A DNA stretch of 64,000 nucleotides. Origin: Chrysomallon squamiferum. Its lineage: Eukaryota > Animalia > Mollusca. A program made the translations under genes and the position numbers. Positions 58,669-64,000 of the stretch are shown here, one piece after another; position 1 is the stretch's first letter, and each line of letters opens with the position of its first letter. The stretch is taken from NCBI GenBank assembly GCA_012295275.1, contig CM022679.1:4216001-4280000 (forward strand), read 5' to 3'. The notes beneath the pieces were generated by a model, which was not told the DNA's origin, searched no databases, and saw nothing but the letters and a program-made list of their open reading frames with translations.

Positions 58669-61600
58669 GAAAGAAGAAATCCATTTGTCATTTGTCATAT
58701 CAGTATGTAAATGCTCTACGTTAGATAGGACTGCATCGCTAGTCCTTTTGAAGTCCATTCACTGATCATTCACAAAAACAGCGAATGATGATGACTGATC
58801 TAACTACCAATTTTTTATTAACTAATCTACAATCAGCCCTGAATGAACTGGTAAACAGATGAACTAACACTGCTGAACGTTATCTTAACACGTTTTAATG
58901 GTAACAATTATTAGTTTCAGTTATATATATGTGTTGCACTAACACTGGCTGGAATGAAAGGTAATCCCGTCCAGGCATCATGACGAATCGATCCTGCAAC
59001 CCACCACTCAGAGACATGCATAGATAGCGAGCCGAAACTCTGTGTAATCAACTGGTACAGACAGAAACAAAAAAAAAGTGACAGAACACGCAGTGCGATA
59101 CACATTTCCAGATATTTATATATTAACAGCTACGCTGAAAAGCATCGATCCCGCAAGCTATACCTCCTCGAGGATTTAATATTAATTTGATCCAACGACG
59201 TAGGTGAAAATTCTAGGGAACAAGATAAGCTAAAGAAATACATAACATCTGAGAAACAAATTTTACCTCCCTACCTTGAGGAGAATTGATCTTGCAAACG
59301 ATAGGTCCTGAGGCGTGGGAAGAGATACAGCTGAAACGTTGTCTAACAAGCTGAGACAAGACAGAAGAAAAACAAGATCTGACAGAACACGCAAAGCGAC
59401 GTATAGAACCGTGAACACAATTCCAGCTTTCCCCATTTTACTACTTATTTTTTTTTTTTTTTCTTTTTTTTGTTTTTTTTTTCTTTTTTTAACTTTTCTA
59501 TTTCTAATTAAATTACACTTACTGAATTCTCGCGTGCATTTACTTTTTGTCGCCTGCAGAAACTTTTCCTATAATGGAAAATTATTCTGTTTTTACCTTT
59601 TCTCTGATTTTTTTTTTTTTCCTTGTTAAGAAATACTAATTTAAGCCATGAAAAAAAAAAAGGCTAATGGCGGCAGTCGCTGAATTCAGGAGTCTCAGCA
59701 CTTTGCTGTTTTGAATGGAGCTCACTTTCAGGTTTATTTTTCTTAAAGGTTTTCTGATGTTACGTATAAACAGGCTGGTATATAATACCATTTTTTTTTA
59801 TTAACGTTAAAAATAACTTATCGATCATTAAGTTAGGTATAAAATAATTAATCGTACAAGCTTGAAAACAGATGAACACAAAACATATTCATCTTTCTGA
59901 AATTTCGTTAGTATATTAAAAACGGCGGATAACTGTTATTAAAAGCGCCTTAAAGAAAACAGAAGAAAAAGATTTAGAATAAAAAAAAAAGAAGTAATAA
60001 TGTCTTTATTAATTCCATTTTTATGTTGGAAATATTATGGTAACCAAAGAAAAAAAGAAATAGAAAATGAAATATACTTTCAAGGATGGCGTTTTGGTTA
60101 GTCTGCATTTTATTTATTTTTAATTTAATTTTTTTTCATTTTCGAGGAGTTTTGCTGATGTTAAGATTTTGCGCATACTTCTTAGATTACACTGAGCACA
60201 AAAAGAAACACACATATGTGACTGATATAGATACACGTTCAGTACAATGTATCTTTGAATGTATGCATGTATGCAGCACGTAAGTACCTATAAATGTACG
60301 TATGTATGTGTGAATAACTTTACATGACAATGAATGTGTATGTATGTGTGTGAATGCGAAGACGTATCAGGAACCATAATACTCTATTAGTTAGAGTCTT
60401 TACAATAAGCAAACATATGAAAACATCAAAACAAGAAAAGTGGGTTTAGAAAACTGTTTGTTTGACTCTGATTTCGAGTCCTGTGACCTGTGGTTGATGT
60501 CAGTGCCTGGTTTTTTGTTAATCTTCTTTCCTCTGCAAGAACGTCGTGATCTGAGTTCATCTCTGTGTTTACAAAACTGTCTCTGTTTGACTAAAGCCTT
60601 AGATTGAATCTTGAGACTCAGACGAAACTGAATGAGTTTTCAATCCGATTTTAATTTCTTTTTCTTTATCATTCGTCTTCTTCCTCTTTCTTCTTCTTCT
60701 TCTTCTTCTTCTTTTCTTCTTATTTCTGTTTCTATTATTATCATCATCATCATCATCATTAAAGACATCATCATTTTGATGTCGTTAATACTATTCGTTT
60801 TTTCCGTTCTTTTATTTTCTTGTTACATTTCCCCCCTCTCTTCTTTATTTAATCTGTTCCCCTTTATATCTCTCTGTCTCTAACCCATTTCTCTCTTCAA
60901 ATATTAATTATTGGCTTTATTCAAATTGTCTTTTAAATTTGACATAAATAGCTTTGTGTATGTAAACTTGTATGAGGGTAGATAATTACTCTGTATGGTA
61001 ATTAGGTAGAATGTTAATATGTACTTCGTGTAGCACTACATTCGTTTTTGCTTTACGCAGTATTAACTCAAATCTAGTAAGTTTCACTACTTCAGCCAGC
61101 GCTCTCGTTAAAGCACGCCTCACTTGTTCCAACGTAACGACAGCCTAATATCAACATCGGAGCTGTTTAACCATAAACAAATCTGACATCCAATACCTTC
61201 CTTATTATCCCAATTCCTTCTTATTAACACCGCGCATTAAATACCAGCCGAACGCAGACTGTTCGAGCGAAATTGCATTGATCAATCACATTGCACGGTC
61301 TTTTCTAACTCTTCCGATAAGTACCAATGAAAACCAAAAAAAAAAAAAAAAAAAGAAAAAAAGAAGAAGAAGAAGAAGAAGAAGAAGAAGAAGAAGAAGC
61401 CATGCCTTGTGGCCATGCGCACATTGCACATGTATATGAGCAAAAAGGGATCAATATTCTAATAACAGGCACTGTCAATCTTAACCGGAACCTTTTAAGA
61501 TGTAGAATAGTGGGTAAATCAGCGTAAATAGGTTGTCCAGATTCGGCCAAAATGACGGTGATTTGGCCGCCAGTGATGGATAGACGGAGACACAAGAATG

Positions 61601-61903
61601 TCGAGATATGCTAGTCCAATTAAAGCCAAATCGATTACAGCTCACTAAGCACTATTGTTATAAACAGCAGACACGGTTAGGCGATGCTGGCGATACATTG
61701 TAATAAGGAAATAATTAAAACGGTTATTGGGAATTGGCCTCCGTGCTTTCTTTTGAGTGACACATCGCCGGCAAATTCGTTTGCTTAATAACGAGGTATC
61801 AGGCCATGACTTATTTTGACCATAACTACACTTTTATTTTGTTACTTAAAATGAAATCATTTGCTGTCATGTTTATCATCCTGTCTCTCGTTTTTTTTTT
61901 TTT

Positions 61904-61904
<1 letters not shown>

Positions 61905-61997
<93 letters not shown>
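61905..61997. repeat. (CT)n microsatellite
   Basis: Direct reading. Confidence 0.95.
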
Positions 61998-62001
<4 letters not shown>

Positions 62002-62547
62002 TTTCTTCTTTTCACAGACTTACATACAAGCATTTATACATACATTTATTTATCCAGAGATGAAGGCATAAAAGTGTACATATATAGTGACTGACATGTA
62101 CAAATGTACAGACACAGAGACTGACTTTAGGTTCTTGATCTGTCTCTTTTCATTATACGATTCCGCACACAACATAAAAGACAGTTTTATTCTTCTCACG
62201 ATTTTACGATGGACTCACAGAACGATTCAAGTAGCTGATGAGGCCGTACGTTTCATTTAAATAGATTATCTTTAAATATTCTAAGAAGGGGCGGATGGGA
62301 CTCGTATTTCAGAATGTCACAGCCATCGTGGTCTTTATGCATTGATTTAGGAGGATCCTAGTCAATGGATCACTGACGGTAGCTTTTCTAGCTCTTCGGT
62401 CATGATTCACTGAAATTTAGTTTTTCGATTTCGAAATTGTTTGATTTGTTTGTTTGTAACAAATGCCTTTAAACAAGTTGTGTTAAATGTTTTCTGTTTA
62501 TTTAAATTCTTTCTTTTGTTCCCTTGCTATTCTATTTTTGTTTTATT

Positions 62548-62669
<122 letters not shown>

Positions 62670-62967
62670 ACAACACACACATGCACACTCACTTTCTTCA
62701 GAGTAATCATCGCTAGTAATAAATAATAGAACAATAAACTAGCAAGACGGTCTTAGTTAATACATACCCATGCTCGTAAACACGTTACTGGAAAATGGTC
62801 GAAAACTGGCATTATTTGTGCGTTCTAAAAAAAAAAAAAAACGGGTTAACAATCCCACGTCTATTTATTTACGACACCAGACTCGCCTAATTTGTCTCAC
62901 ACGAAACTCACAGCGTCTGCAGTTCACAATGACGTCTTCATTTGACCGAGCCTCTCTTTCTGAACAA

Positions 62968-63003
<36 letters not shown>

Positions 63004-63536
63004 CTACCGCTGATATTTTCCACACGTAATGTAATCACACTTCGCTTGTGAGGGTTCAAGAATTTCGAGTTCTAAAATCAGTGTTTCCTAGACAATGACC
63101 TCCGGCTCAGACGTGGCTCGCATGAAACGAGGGACGGGACTATTGTTTGGGGTACAACCGCTGTGAAACGTAGGACAATAAAGACCAGTTTTGCTCTTAA
63201 TGCAATTCGCTGAAGTTAATCCGATGTAAGATTTAACTGTATTCGGGAAGTATTTGAATTGTCAGTATCTGGACACGAAATGCAAAAATATTTCATTTGA
63301 GCTATCGAAACCGAGCTAAATCATGAAGATGATAAGACTGTTATTGTAGTTTCGCAGAAGTAATGTTAAAAGCCATATTTCTGAAGTACGCAACATTGTC
63401 ATTAATTGTATGGAGTGCTGAACAAGTATTTATTCTTTGTTAATGTTTGCTTTAAAACTGAACTACCGTTAACTAGGATAAAAATGAATATATGCACTGA
63501 GACCCCTTTATGCACATGCATTGTATGTATATATAT

Positions 63537-63573
<37 letters not shown>

Positions 63574-63899
63574 CATACGTACATAGTAAATACATAAGTA
63601 TGTATACACACATACATACTTCAAAGATACAGTCGGTATCTTGAAGTATACGGGTTTTATTATCGCTGCCTTATCTTATAGATCTGCTGGCAGGGAATCT
63701 GTGATCGATTGTGAAATACGACTATCCTTAATATCGATGACGTGTTTGTAATACAGCACTAAACTTAGTGAACTTGTGCAGTAATAACAGTCTGCCGCAT
63801 CGTATTGCGTATCGGTCTGTTTGTATGTCTGCCTGTATTTCTTTTTTCTTTCTTTTTATATTTCCAAGTATCTACGTGTCAGTTTATTATATATTTCCA

Positions 63900-63935
<36 letters not shown>

Positions 63936-64000
63936 TATTCATTCATTCACGTATCCATGTTTATGCATATCTGTATTTGTTTCTGTTCATCTTTCTATCC

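Noticed and set aside
58980-59040. tRNA/SINE-like B-box on the - strand (ggatcgattcg)
   Set aside because: Too degenerate; no A-box, cloverleaf or second copy in the window.

Overview
Eukaryotic, AT-rich, microsatellite-dense genomic DNA. It is probably from a mollusc, possibly a coleoid cephalopod; this is inferred from the gene clade and repeat landscape, not demonstrated. The window holds two spliced paralogous Cys-loop receptor genes, both nicotinic acetylcholine receptor alpha-type subunits, arranged tail-to-tail about 19 kb apart. Gene A is on the + strand (coding exons 2-7 at 4959-16759; no signal-peptide exon found). Gene B is on the - strand (7 coding exons, 56114-35716, 496 aa). All introns are GT-AG with matching phases in both genes. 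Both keep the full ACh-binding signature (loop C YxCC..PY, loop B W, Cys-loop). Both carry PPESPAK instead of the cationic ..SGEK before M2, the Pro-Ala selectivity motif of molluscan anion-selective (inhibitory) nAChRs. Intron 2 of gene A contains a ~2.6 kb 54/51-bp satellite inside a possible solo-LTR-like element, and several minisatellites sit directly on splice sites. Nearly all other ORFs in the track are simple-repeat artefacts. No rRNA, tRNA, CRISPR or intact transposon ORF was recognised.
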